Notes: a model not told the origin generated them from the sequence alone. Shown: positions 55,648 through 64,000, counted from the first letter of the stretch. The stretch is 64,000 nucleotides of DNA from Candidatus Poribacteria bacterium (GCA_022826805.1 JAJDUH010000062.1:66060-130059), one strand, 5' to 3'. A program made the numbers and translations.

Positions 55648-55676
55648 GTTATCAGTTGTCAGTTGTCAGTTGTCAG
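55648..55676. repeat. Heptanucleotide tandem array (gttatca gttgtca x3)
   Basis: Read directly. Lies immediately 3' of the terminator of the DUF4159 gene. Confidence 0.9.
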
Positions 55677-55677
55677 G

Positions 55678-55728
55678 AAATAAAAATAGGGCTATTTAGT
55701 TGCCCTTGGAGGTAACCAAATAGCCCTA
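55678..55728 (-). terminator. Rho-independent terminator of the DUF4159 gene
   Basis: 15-bp stem tagggctatttggtt/aactaaatagcccta (one G-A mismatch) followed on the minus strand by tttttatttcc. Confidence 0.75.
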
Positions 55729-55750
55729 CAATAACTATGCTGTAAAAACT

Positions 55751-57229
55751 CTATTCAAAACCGCCGACTTTCGCAGCTTCAGGTGCGCTGGTCGGGAGTT
55801 CTTTCTTAGCTAACGTGTCTTCAGGCACATAACCGGAGTAGTCGGAAATCGAGCCGTGCGTCAACGCATACACCACAACGTTCGTCATGAAACGATAGAC
55901 ACCGGGTGAATAGTGGACACTACGTGTCGGGAGACTGACAGACTCCATTGCGCACATGTAATCACGACGGACAACGATAACGGAGAGTTTTTCACCGACG
56001 GAGATACCTTCGAGGTAGTTCCGTTTCGGCGGACGTGTGCCCCACCAGAAGATGTCGTATCCGACCGGGGGACCACCCATTTCATAGAAGTTATCGTAAA
56101 TCGAGTGATCGTTAGCAATCCGCTCAATCTGATATTCAGGCATGACGTAGCGCATCTGTGCGAGGAAGAGACGAATCATCGCTTGTGCGGGAGCGTTCAC
56201 ACCGCAATCGTCAAAGACGAGGAATCCACCTTTTTCGACGAGGTAGCGACGCATACCGGCGGCTTCAGTCTCGGTGAGACGGCTATCCATTTTACCGCCA
56301 CCATACTGCCGTCCAAGTAGGTTACGCGAACGGACGAGGGACGGATCGTGTCCTGTCATAAAGACGAACGGAGTTTTGAAGAGGTTGGCATCCGTAAATT
56401 TCAGGGCGCCACCTTCAACGTTCATGTCGGTTTTGATTTTCGTACGCTCGTTGAGCCACTTCGTCAATGCGTTGAGTGAAGAAGCATCAGCCCACCAGTC
56501 AGAGAGAGAGTGACGGATCCGTGTGAAACGGAATACGCCGCGGATGTCTCGACCTTTACCAATAACGCGTCCACCGGGTTCGCCTCTGGGCAGGGGTGGT
56601 ACTTCAACGTTACCGAGGGTGATGTTTTCAACGACATCGCCGAGTGCGTCGCGTGCTGCACCGACGTTCTCAACCATCGCGAGTCCGGGTGGACGTTCAA
56701 AAGCGACCTTGACCTGTACTGCGCCGCCTGCGACACCACGACCGATGTTAGCGGGCCCAGCGGAGGGAGCGGTTGCGACAGGGGCTGAGAATGCCAAGGC
56801 ACCGGGTGCATCCGAAACGGGTAGATCGGCGTGTGTTACAACCGTTGGCACTGGGGCGTTAGGTGTAACGACTCGCGGGACGTTTGGATTAATTGGTGCT
56901 TCTACTTTAACAGTCTGGTTTGAAAATTCGAGGACCGTCTGCGGTTGGAAATTCGACTTAGCGACGAACGCGGTTGTTACACGCGGTTGTACTTGAACTT
57001 GTTCGACGACGACGGTGTTCTGTGTCGGGACAGTCGGCTTAATAACCGGCTTGACGACGGGTTTCCGTACCTTAGGCTTCGGTGGCTCCTTGGGCTGGAG
57101 CACTTCGGCACCAACGAGATCCTTGAACTGTTCAGTCTGCGTGACAAGATAAATGCCAGCAATGAACGCAATGACCGCGTGGAGTACCAAAGAAGTCATA
57201 AAGGCACCTGAGGTTCGTTTTGCACTCAT
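55751..57229 (-). CDS. Membrane-anchored protein with Pro/Val-rich linker and C-terminal DUF4159 domain
   Basis: N-terminal TM segment. PKEPPKPKVRKPVVKPVIKP linker. C-terminal block FVFMTGHDP ... YLVEKGGFLVFDDCG ... NDHSIYDNFY. Confidence 0.7.
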   Translation of the reverse strand: MSAKRTSGAFMTSLVLHAVIAFIAGIYLVTQTEQFKDLVGAEVLQPKEPPKPKVRKPVVKPVIKPTVPTQNTVVVEQVQVQPRVTTAFVAKSNFQPQTVLEFSNQTVKVEAPINPNVPRVVTPNAPVPTVVTHADLPVSDAPGALAFSAPVATAPSAGPANIGRGVAGGAVQVKVAFERPPGLAMVENVGAARDALGDVVENITLGNVEVPPLPRGEPGGRVIGKGRDIRGVFRFTRIRHSLSDWWADASSLNALTKWLNERTKIKTDMNVEGGALKFTDANLFKTPFVFMTGHDPSLVRSRNLLGRQYGGGKMDSRLTETEAAGMRRYLVEKGGFLVFDDCGVNAPAQAMIRLFLAQMRYVMPEYQIERIANDHSIYDNFYEMGGPPVGYDIFWWGTRPPKRNYLEGISVGEKLSVIVVRRDYMCAMESVSLPTRSVHYSPGVYRFMTNVVVYALTHGSISDYSGYVPEDTLAKKELPTSAPEAAKVGGFE

Positions 57230-57447
57230 TCGTTATTACCTCCAAGGGAAATTTCTGTATCCTAAGCGAAAAAACAAAAGTTGTTGATGCAGAGATATAT
57301 GCAATTTCCGTGCCAATCCAAAAAACACTGAATTTGCGGTTAATCCCTGCATCATACGGGTTAGGCTGCACAAAAACGGGCAGTTTCTTTTTTTACGCTG
57401 CACAAAAACGGGCAACCTTTGGGGAAACTTGTGAACCGAAATTGAAC

Positions 57448-58125
57448 TTATTCGACTTTGGATGCGTCTGTCGAAAAGAAGCGACCTGCCTCCTTAAGAC
57501 GCGGTTTACCTTTGTGAAAGCCAAAGATACCAAGGTTGTTTTCCGTGCTGCTATCCAACTCGTGAATCTTCCACCCATCTTTCGCTTCTTTGACTAAATA
57601 GAGATGCGTTTCGCCGGGAAACGCCCCTTTGTAACAATTGTAGCCTATAGCACTGGCTTCAATTTTGCTCCCTTTATAGCGAATCCAAAAATCTTTCAAC
57701 TGATCGTCCCGACCCCATTTGGAACCCTTTGTGCCGATGCCGATCCATAAACCTTCGATAGCAATTTCAATATTCCTCCAACCGAAGGCGATTGGCACAG
57801 GTTCATTTCCGGCAAAGATTGTCCCGAAGGCAACCTTGTTATCACTCGTCCGAAAGGTGTCCGAAATGGCGTTTATATCGTTGTCGTTGAAGCCTTTGTA
57901 GAAGGCACTATACAACTCTTGAATCGCTGCTTTTTCCGCAGCAAAGTCAATAGGGGGTTTCGCAGCAACTGTGGGTTCAGTCGTAGCACTGTTGCTTGAG
58001 GAACTTTCTGTTGATTTTTCAGCAGATCCTTCTTCTTCGCTATCACTACCGCATCCTATGATGCCGACACTCATGATGCCCACTGCGAATAGGGCAATTA
58101 CGAGCCACATTAATCTCGATTGCAT
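57448..58125 (-). CDS. Lipoprotein with SnoaL/DUF4440-like domain
   Basis: Lipobox GIIGCGS, Ser/Glu-rich linker, about 130-aa NTF2-like C-terminal domain. Confidence 0.55.
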   Translation of the reverse strand: MQSRLMWLVIALFAVGIMSVGIIGCGSDSEEEGSAEKSTESSSSNSATTEPTVAAKPPIDFAAEKAAIQELYSAFYKGFNDNDINAISDTFRTSDNKVAFGTIFAGNEPVPIAFGWRNIEIAIEGLWIGIGTKGSKWGRDDQLKDFWIRYKGSKIEASAIGYNCYKGAFPGETHLYLVKEAKDGWKIHELDSSTENNLGIFGFHKGKPRLKEAGRFFSTDASKVE

Positions 58126-58279
58126 TTTTCTAAATTCCTCCTTTAGTTCATCACATCACCTGCGAACCTCGCAAGCTAATCACATCCGAAAATAGCGTTT
58201 CAATACTATTGTAAGACATTATAACTACTTTTGAAAAATATGTCAAGTTAATTTGTCTACGTTGACAAATATTCTTTAT

Positions 58280-59419
58280 CTAACATTGCATCTTACGATT
58301 TTCCAAGGATAGATACCGTTCCTCCTCAAGCACTTGGATTACATCGGTAACTTGGATTTTAGACATGCATCCGTCTTTTCCGAATCGACAGGCTATTCCC
58401 CTACAAGGTGGACAGTCAAGTTTCCGTCGAACTGTATGACACTGTGCCCCTATCGGACCGAAACGGGTCGGATCTCCAGGTCCGTAGAGTCCAATTGTTT
58501 GTGTACCAACTGCGGCGGCGAGATGCATTGGGCCACTGTCGTTCCCGATAAACACATCAGATGTATGCAAGATTGATGCCAATCGTGTCAAGGTTGTTTT
58601 GCCAGCAATACTCATAGACTTTGCCCGCATAAACTCTTGAATCTCGGTAATTATTGGAATCTCATTTTCCACTCCGACAAACAGCACTTGTGCACGTTTA
58701 TGGGCAATGAGCCAATCTGCTAACTCGGCATACCGTTCGGGGAGCCACCGTTTTAGTGGAATTGGGGAACCTGGATGGATGACGACCAACGGATCCTGTC
58801 TGTCAATCTGATGTTTTGCGAGGAAAGCAGATGCCCACTTCTTATCCTCGTCTGGCACTGAGAAAGTAGCAGTTTGGATGGACGTTGGGATACCCGCATG
58901 TCTTAAAACATCAAGATTGCGCGTCGTTTCATGTATCCCACTGAAGCGTGAAAGCCGCAGTTTGTTTGCAATTTGTAAAGCGGCACGGCTGAGACGATGC
59001 GGTGCGAATTTGAGGAACGCGAACCATACCGTCCGCCAATCTCCGCGGAGTTCCACTATCAGATCGTATTTTTGACGACGCAACTGTTGGTAAAGTTGGA
59101 ATGCTTGTTTCAGTGAAGTCGATTGTTCTGTTCGACAAAAAGCAGGAGAATTGTATTCCAGGACCTTATTGACTTCAGGGTGGCGTTCCAAAACAATGCG
59201 ACTCCACCCACCAGTGAGGGTGTGCAGTTCGGCGTTTGGATATGCCTGATGTAGATTGGAAAACACCGGCGTTGCTAATATAACATCTCCAAGATGGTCA
59301 AGTTTTACAACGAGAATCCGCTTTGGAACGAAATCCTTTGGCAAACGTTTTCTGTAGAAGAACCATTGCACAGCAGCTGAGGCGATTAAAGTGAGGATTT
59401 CGGACAGGTTCTGAAACAT
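58280..59419 (-). CDS. Glycosyltransferase family 9 (heptosyltransferase-like)
   Basis: ILVVKLDHLGDVILATPVF and GNDSGPMHLAAAVG motifs. Confidence 0.88.
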   Translation of the reverse strand: MFQNLSEILTLIASAAVQWFFYRKRLPKDFVPKRILVVKLDHLGDVILATPVFSNLHQAYPNAELHTLTGGWSRIVLERHPEVNKVLEYNSPAFCRTEQSTSLKQAFQLYQQLRRQKYDLIVELRGDWRTVWFAFLKFAPHRLSRAALQIANKLRLSRFSGIHETTRNLDVLRHAGIPTSIQTATFSVPDEDKKWASAFLAKHQIDRQDPLVVIHPGSPIPLKRWLPERYAELADWLIAHKRAQVLFVGVENEIPIITEIQEFMRAKSMSIAGKTTLTRLASILHTSDVFIGNDSGPMHLAAAVGTQTIGLYGPGDPTRFGPIGAQCHTVRRKLDCPPCRGIACRFGKDGCMSKIQVTDVIQVLEEERYLSLENRKMQC

Positions 59420-59504
59420 TTTTTTAGTTTACACGGGTTGTGGAGATCTGTCAAGGGGGCCGACAGAGGTATCAGGGCTATTTAGTTTTAAGAAATAGGT
59501 CTAC

Positions 59505-59650
59505 TTATTTGACATCCTCCCCAAGCTAAAGCATGGGCATTCCTTTGTTCCTCGTGGGAATATTCTCTGCTCAGGCAGAGCGACAGAGATGCCATTTGAA
59601 TCTGACACCTATGGGGGCTGCCAATGCCCCGACTACAGGATTGAAAAGCA
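59505..59650 (-). ncRNA. Predicted omega/right-end RNA of the TnpB element (extent approximate)
   Basis: By analogy with characterised TnpB loci, the guide RNA scaffold overlaps the 3' end of tnpB. Hairpin CTCTGC-ctga-GCAGAG spans the stop codon, then cccatgctttagcttgggg-aggatgtcaa. Confidence 0.4.
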
Positions 59651-60725
59651 ATCCTGATACTTGTTTCCAAAGGTTTATCGCACCAACACCATCGCGATGA
59701 TATTTGAAGCCGCAAGCAAGGCAGTGATAGTTTCGGTTATTTGGTTGCTTTCGGTTGCCACACTGCGGACAGGTTTGCGAGGTATACGCCTCTGAAACTG
59801 AAATGACTCGGATACCCGCGAGTTCGGCTTTGTAGGTGATGAGGTGTCTGACACGAGCAAACGCCCACTGGTGAATCTTCTGGTTAGACTTCTTGGAGTA
59901 TTGCGCACGATCTCGAATGCCTTTGAGATCTCCAATCACAAGCGTATCCGCCTTCGCTCTCTGGCAGTCGGATATAAAACGTGATGTGATTTTATGCTCA
60001 GCATCCTTGATTTGGGCATTGAGTTTATCTAAGGTGCGGCGTTTCGCTTTTCGGAGGCGATGCCATCGCCGCGAACCTTTTTCGCAGCGAGCCATTTTTG
60101 CTGAAAAGTGGGCTTTGGTTTTCTCTCGATAACGAACGATAGACCGCAGAAAACGTCCGTTGTAGATTCTGGTATTTGTGCCGTTATGGGAAACAATCGG
60201 ATGAATTTCACCCAAGTCTACAGCAACAGTGATACCTGTGTTCTGTTTCGGTGGTGTTTCTACTTTATAGACGAGTGAAAAGAAGTATGCCCCGCGGTGA
60301 TAGTACATCTCTACATATTTCGGTCGGATGTCGGTTTCCAAAAGAATAGGATCACGACCAACCCCATTTGAAAGCCTCAATAGCCCTTCTTTTGGGTGAC
60401 TGATAGCATTTGATTTCCAACGCACCTTGAAATGTCTTGATGTGTGCTTCGGGGGCTTGGCATCAGCATTCGACTTACGCACCTGAAAAAAGGATTTCAA
60501 AGCATCAAAATAGGAATCCGCACACGCTTGGACGCTCTGTGAATGCAACTCAGACTCGCGGTGGCGCATATACTTCTGGACACTACCTTTAGACAACCAA
60601 AAACCTTTTCGCTGATGGGTCTTGCGGACAAGCGAAACAACCTTAGAATAGCAACGTCCAGACTCACGGGCAAGTGCGTCTAAATATGGAGTCGGTTTAA
60701 CCTTGATTTTTTCTGTGAGATACAT
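59571..60725 (-). CDS. tnpB: TnpB RNA-guided endonuclease (OrfB_IS605 + Zn ribbon)
   Basis: Start at MYLTEKIK (AAAGGA RBS). RuvC residues in VAVDLGEIHP, SEAYTSQTC and HRDGVGAINL. CPQCG...CLACG zinc ribbon. Confidence 0.88.
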   Translation of the reverse strand: MYLTEKIKVKPTPYLDALARESGRCYSKVVSLVRKTHQRKGFWLSKGSVQKYMRHRESELHSQSVQACADSYFDALKSFFQVRKSNADAKPPKHTSRHFKVRWKSNAISHPKEGLLRLSNGVGRDPILLETDIRPKYVEMYYHRGAYFFSLVYKVETPPKQNTGITVAVDLGEIHPIVSHNGTNTRIYNGRFLRSIVRYREKTKAHFSAKMARCEKGSRRWHRLRKAKRRTLDKLNAQIKDAEHKITSRFISDCQRAKADTLVIGDLKGIRDRAQYSKKSNQKIHQWAFARVRHLITYKAELAGIRVISVSEAYTSQTCPQCGNRKQPNNRNYHCLACGFKYHRDGVGAINLWKQVSGLLFNPVVGALAAPIGVRFKWHLCRSA

Positions 60726-60814
60726 GGTGTTCCTTTCACATGGTGATGCCGCCTTCAAACGGAGCGGTGGCACCCTCGTGTGAGGGGTGAAGTCCACCGC
60801 CACCATGTTTAGGT

Positions 60815-60843
60815 ATAATAGCATTTTCTCACATAAAAGTCAA
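60815..60843 (-). promoter_or_regulatory. Sigma70 promoter for tnpB inside the left end
   Basis: Minus strand: TTGACT, 17-nt spacer, TATTAT. Confidence 0.55.
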
Positions 60844-61250
60844 GATGTTTTTTCAAACAACGCCTCAGTCTAACTCACGAGGGTGGGCATTCATCCCCGA
60901 CCTAAAGGAACGGGGCTTTCTGCCCATAAACTTGGTAAAGGGATTCTCCTTCTGGATGCCCGAATTTATTCGGGACAGCACACTCTGCCCGAACAAGAAT
61001 GTAATACAAGGAATGGATTTCGTCTATTCCCAGACGAAATCCGGGCGTCCGGATGTAAATTATTGGAAAACTAAATGACCCTAATTTAAAACAGGACAAT
61101 TCTTGACTATTATGTCAAAATGTGTTATGCTTCTCTAATCCATAGGGATGTAACGCGGTTATGAAGGTTTCACGTGTGGTTCCCAGAGCATCTACCTTTA
61201 TTAGAAATAACCCTCGTAATTTTTAAAATCTAATTAGATGAGGTATTACC

Positions 61251-61892
61251 ATGATGACAAGTACACAAAGATTCTCCTTACTAATTGTTGGATTGCTATT
61301 TTGTATACTCGGATGTGCTCGCGATCGAGCGCATGTCCTAATGCCTGATCATATTTCACCACCAATGGAAGTTCACGAAACTGCCCATGCCGAGGTATCC
61401 TTTGAAGAGGATATTTTTCCCATTCTAACGTCAAGGTGTGCCCTTGCTGGATGTCACGTCGCAGACGGACCTCACGGCTTAGATTTCAGGACCTACGAAT
61501 CTTTCATAGCGGGCGGAGAACACGGTCCCGCATTTATTCCAGGGAATGCTGAAGAGAGTGAAGTTGTTGAACAAATTGTTTCGGGTAACATGCCTCCTGG
61601 GGGTCCACCCTTGTCTGCTTCCGAAATTCAACTTTTCGTTGATTGGATTAACCAACAGGAAACGCACGGCGATATTGTCCCGCATGACGATGATCACGGT
61701 GTTGAGGATATGGACGACGATCATGACGACGACGATGCACATGATGACATGGATGCCGATCACGATGGCATGGATGATGACCATGACGATGATGACGATA
61801 ACGGGCACGACGACAACGATGATAACGGTCATGGTGATAATGACGCGGACAACGGTCACGATGACGATGATGATCATGACGACGATAACTAA
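61251..61892 (+). CDS. Lipoprotein with PSCyt1-like (planctomycete cytochrome c-type) domain and ~70-aa His/Asp-rich tail
   Basis: Lipobox CILGCA. FEEDIFPILTSRCALAGCHV...SGNMPPGGPPLSASEIQLFVDWI. Tail DDDHGVEDMDDDHDDDDAHDDMDADHDG... Confidence 0.6.
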   Translation: MMTSTQRFSLLIVGLLFCILGCARDRAHVLMPDHISPPMEVHETAHAEVSFEEDIFPILTSRCALAGCHVADGPHGLDFRTYESFIAGGEHGPAFIPGNAEESEVVEQIVSGNMPPGGPPLSASEIQLFVDWINQQETHGDIVPHDDDHGVEDMDDDHDDDDAHDDMDADHDGMDDDHDDDDDNGHDDNDDNGHGDNDADNGHDDDDDHDDDN

Positions 61893-61929
61893 TAGCAGCG
61901 ATTCTAAGGTCGTTGCTATCTCTAAGCAC

Positions 61930-61966
61930 CATAGAGGCTGGTTTCATACCAGCCTCTATGTTTTTT
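61930..61966 (+). terminator. Strong Rho-independent terminator
   Basis: catagaggctggt-ttcat-accagcctctatg (13-bp perfect stem) followed by tttttt. Confidence 0.85.
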
Positions 61967-62140
61967 AAGCCTGCCCTTTTTTCTTCTCTTATAACGTGAA
62001 CAACGCACGTAACTTGAATAATGCACAGACTAACAGTCTATGCTACAAAATAGTAAGCTGCAAACGCGTTTGCATTCGACAGATAGATGCTGCTATACTA
62101 TTTTCAAGTACTTCATCCCCTCGCTGACCAACCCAAGTGT

Positions 62141-64000
62141 ATGCAATTTATCAAACACTTTTCAGAAATTGATGCGACAGATATTTCGCGTGTCGGTGGA
62201 AAAGGTCTAAATCTTGGGAAACTAACACGCGCTGGGTTTCGTGTGCCTCAAGGTTTTTGTGTTACTACAGATGCCTATCTATCTTCTGTTCAGGACTTGC
62301 CAGAACAGAATGTAAACAGCATTAAAGACCTTGTGTTAGCACCGAAACTCGTCACAGAAATTCGCGCGGCACACGAAAAATTACAGACCACTACGGTTGC
62401 TGTGCGTTCCAGCGCAACCGCCGAGGATCTGGCAGAAGCAAGTTTCGCGGGTCAACAAGATACCTTTCTGAATGTAACATCCGATGAACTGTTAGAAGCA
62501 CTCAAAGCGTGCTGGGCATCGCTCTGGTTAGAACGGGCTATCGCTTACAGAGAGACACACGGTATTGCTGATGAAGGGTTGGCAATGGCAGTCGTGATTC
62601 AAGAGATGTGCGAAGCAGATGCCTCCGGTGTGCTTTTCACTGTCAGTCCCTTCAGTCAGGATGTTTCTATTGTGGAGTCGAATTGGGGGTTGGGTGAATC
62701 TATTGTATCGGGTGCTATCACGCCTGATAGTTTTCAGGTATCGCGAGAGACAGGCGAGGTGTTGGAAAAGACCGTTGCTACGAAGCGGGAAATGGTAACC
62801 GCCAGTGGTGTAAGTGAGGTGGCAGTTGCACAACAGGACCTCCCGAGCCTAACAGAGGCGCAACTCAAGGCGCTTACACAACTCGGTCTTCGGGTCGAAA
62901 GTCACTACGGACAGCCGATGGATATTGAGTGGGCACTCGCAGATGGACAGTTTGTCCTGTTACAAGCACGCCATATTACCACATCCTCTAACGCTACCAC
63001 GCCTTTCAAACGCACCCATCCGCACCCTGAAGTGGCTGAAGAAGTCGCTGAAAACCTCCGTCAAGGAGAGATTCATCTGCTGAAGATTTATGCTGACGCA
63101 CACGGTACTGTTTGGTGTCATCACAACATTGCGGAGGTGTTGCCCGCTCCGCAGCCGATGACATGGTCGATTATTCGAAAATTTATGTCGGGTAACGGTG
63201 GATTAGGGAAGGCGTATCGGAGTCTTGGATTTTATCCGAGCAAGCGGGTGGATAGCGAGGGTATTCTGGACCTGGTCTGTGGACGAATTTACGTTAATTT
63301 GAACCGTGAGGCAGAGCTTCATTTCGACGGCTTCCCGTTTGCACACGATTTCAATGCCTTGAAGCAGAATCCACAGCAGGCGATGTATGCGCAAGCGGCT
63401 ACTGATATTACTCGAAGTACGACATCATTTTGGTTGAAACTCCCGCTACATATTGTGCGTATGAGCAAAGCAGAGACGCGTCTAAGACAGTGCCGCTCCG
63501 ATTTCGATCAGGTGCTAACCACACAGGTATTCCCTGCATTTCAGTCGGAAGTTGAAGCAGAATGGGCTATTTCATATTCTAACTTATCGGATACAGAATT
63601 AGTAGGAAAGTTTCGGACATGGTGTGCCAAAACGTTGGACGATTTTGCGCCGAAAGTACTCACGGCCACACTCCTTGCAGGGTTTTCATTGCAGCGGTTA
63701 GAGGGAGCACTTCAGAAATGCGTCGATGAAACAGCAGCGAAATCCATCGCGAGTCGGCTTATTAGTGGACTTTCTGGCAATCTCACCGTTGAAACCAATG
63801 AGAAACTCCAGCAGGTGGCACTCGGAGACTTATCCCTCACCGATTTTCTGAAAGATTACGGACATCGTGCAGTGGATGAGTTTGAATTGGCACAACCCCG
63901 TTGGCGCGAAGATACGACCTACCTTGAACAGATCGTTGAATCTCTCCAGCAAGATAGCCATCAGCCATCAGCCATCAGCAGTCAGCAAGGACTTGGAAAC
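62141..64000 (+). CDS. PEP/pyruvate-binding (PPDK_N) domain protein, PEP synthase / phosphotransferase-like; 3' end outside window
   Basis: Open frame from ATG 62141 to the window edge (620 codons), absent from the track because it has no stop. ISRVGGKGLNLGKL, VAVRSSATAEDL..ASFAGQQDTFLNV, DIEWALADGQFVLLQARHIT. Confidence 0.8.
   Translation, partial: MQFIKHFSEIDATDISRVGGKGLNLGKLTRAGFRVPQGFCVTTDAYLSSVQDLPEQNVNSIKDLVLAPKLVTEIRAAHEKLQTTTVAVRSSATAEDLAEASFAGQQDTFLNVTSDELLEALKACWASLWLERAIAYRETHGIADEGLAMAVVIQEMCEADASGVLFTVSPFSQDVSIVESNWGLGESIVSGAITPDSFQVSRETGEVLEKTVATKREMVTASGVSEVAVAQQDLPSLTEAQLKALTQLGLRVESHYGQPMDIEWALADGQFVLLQARHITTSSNATTPFKRTHPHPEVAEEVAENLRQGEIHLLKIYADAHGTVWCHHNIAEVLPAPQPMTWSIIRKFMSGNGGLGKAYRSLGFYPSKRVDSEGILDLVCGRIYVNLNREAELHFDGFPFAHDFNALKQNPQQAMYAQAATDITRSTTSFWLKLPLHIVRMSKAETRLRQCRSDFDQVLTTQVFPAFQSEVEAEWAISYSNLSDTELVGKFRTWCAKTLDDFAPKVLTATLLAGFSLQRLEGALQKCVDETAAKSIASRLISGLSGNLTVETNEKLQQVALGDLSLTDFLKDYGHRAVDEFELAQPRWREDTTYLEQIVESLQQDSHQPSAISSQQGLGN
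63956..63990. repeat. Heptanucleotide array (agccatc x3, agcagtc, agcaagg) inside the PEP-utilising ORF
   Basis: Read directly. Translated in frame as ...SHQPSAISSQQG.... Confidence 0.85.

Larger units (their letters stand above)
59500..60945 (-). mobile_element. Solo-TnpB IS200/IS605-family (IS1341-like) element; boundaries approximate
   Basis: tnpB with its own promoter. Same-orientation subterminal hairpins with a ctaaag loop near both ends (ccccgacctaaaggaacgggg at about 60898-60918; ccccaagctaaagcatggg at about 59519-59537). No tnpA adjacent. Confidence 0.55.

Noticed and set aside
60845-61078. Plus-strand ORFs of 77 and 63 aa (MGIHPRPKGTGLSAHKLGKG...)
   Set aside because: They span the IS left-end hairpin and the structured segment. 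This kind of peptide is a typical mistranslation of IS200/IS605 end sequences.
61479-61968. Three overlapping ORFs (61479-61877 minus, 61546-61968 plus, 61648-61947 minus) rich in I/V/M/T or H/R
   Set aside because: They are frame and strand shadows of the GAY/CAY-rich Asp/His tail of the 61251-61892 gene. They have low-complexity translations and no starts with an RBS.

Overview
The window is bacterial chromosome with about 50 real protein genes. I saw no rRNA, tRNA or CRISPR array, so I make no taxonomic call. The gene content suggests an uncultivated Gram-negative lineage.

Layout:
- 1-7.2 kb: housekeeping operon rho-rpmE-prfA-prmC-queF, behind a TPR gene.
- 7.3-13.1 kb: oxidoreductase/catabolic cluster (Gfo/Idh/MocA, PhyH dioxygenase, GMC oxidoreductase, ACC-deaminase-like PLP enzyme, amidohydrolase).
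- 13.2-25.2 kb: accessory/defence-like block. It holds an ANT-like nucleotidyltransferase, a beta-lactamase-fold hydrolase, a DUF433/DUF5615 TA pair, an EcoRI-family R-M pair bracketed by two paralogous PD-(D/E)xK genes, a second amidohydrolase+PhyH pair, an orphan DUF5131 (Gp37/Gp68) gene, and HicAB.
- 25.4-34.5 kb: ZIP transporter and large secreted proteins that share a C-terminal sorting-type domain.
- 34.5-40.5 kb: queG, pheA, a hidden 81-codon gene with an in-frame TGA, and a UPF0182 membrane protein.
- 40.7-49.7 kb: outer-membrane operon and a 1.5k-aa LRR/lamin-tail-domain protein.
- 49.8-50.5 kb: IS200-like Y1 transposase flanked by inverted REP doublets.
- 50.6-59.4 kb: sugar and envelope genes.
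- 59.5-60.9 kb: solo TnpB element.
- 61.2-64 kb: haem-domain/His-Asp-rich lipoprotein and a partial PEP-utilising enzyme.

Most interesting:
1. The four-gene nuclease-M-R-nuclease cassette.
2. The candidate selenoprotein or recoded small gene at 36923-37168, which is missing from the ORF track.
3. A heptanucleotide tandem-repeat family that also sits inside coding 5' ends.
4. The RAYT/REP and TnpB elements.

Limits: all family calls come from motif recognition by eye on the supplied translations. No searches were run, and identity levels are by-eye estimates.
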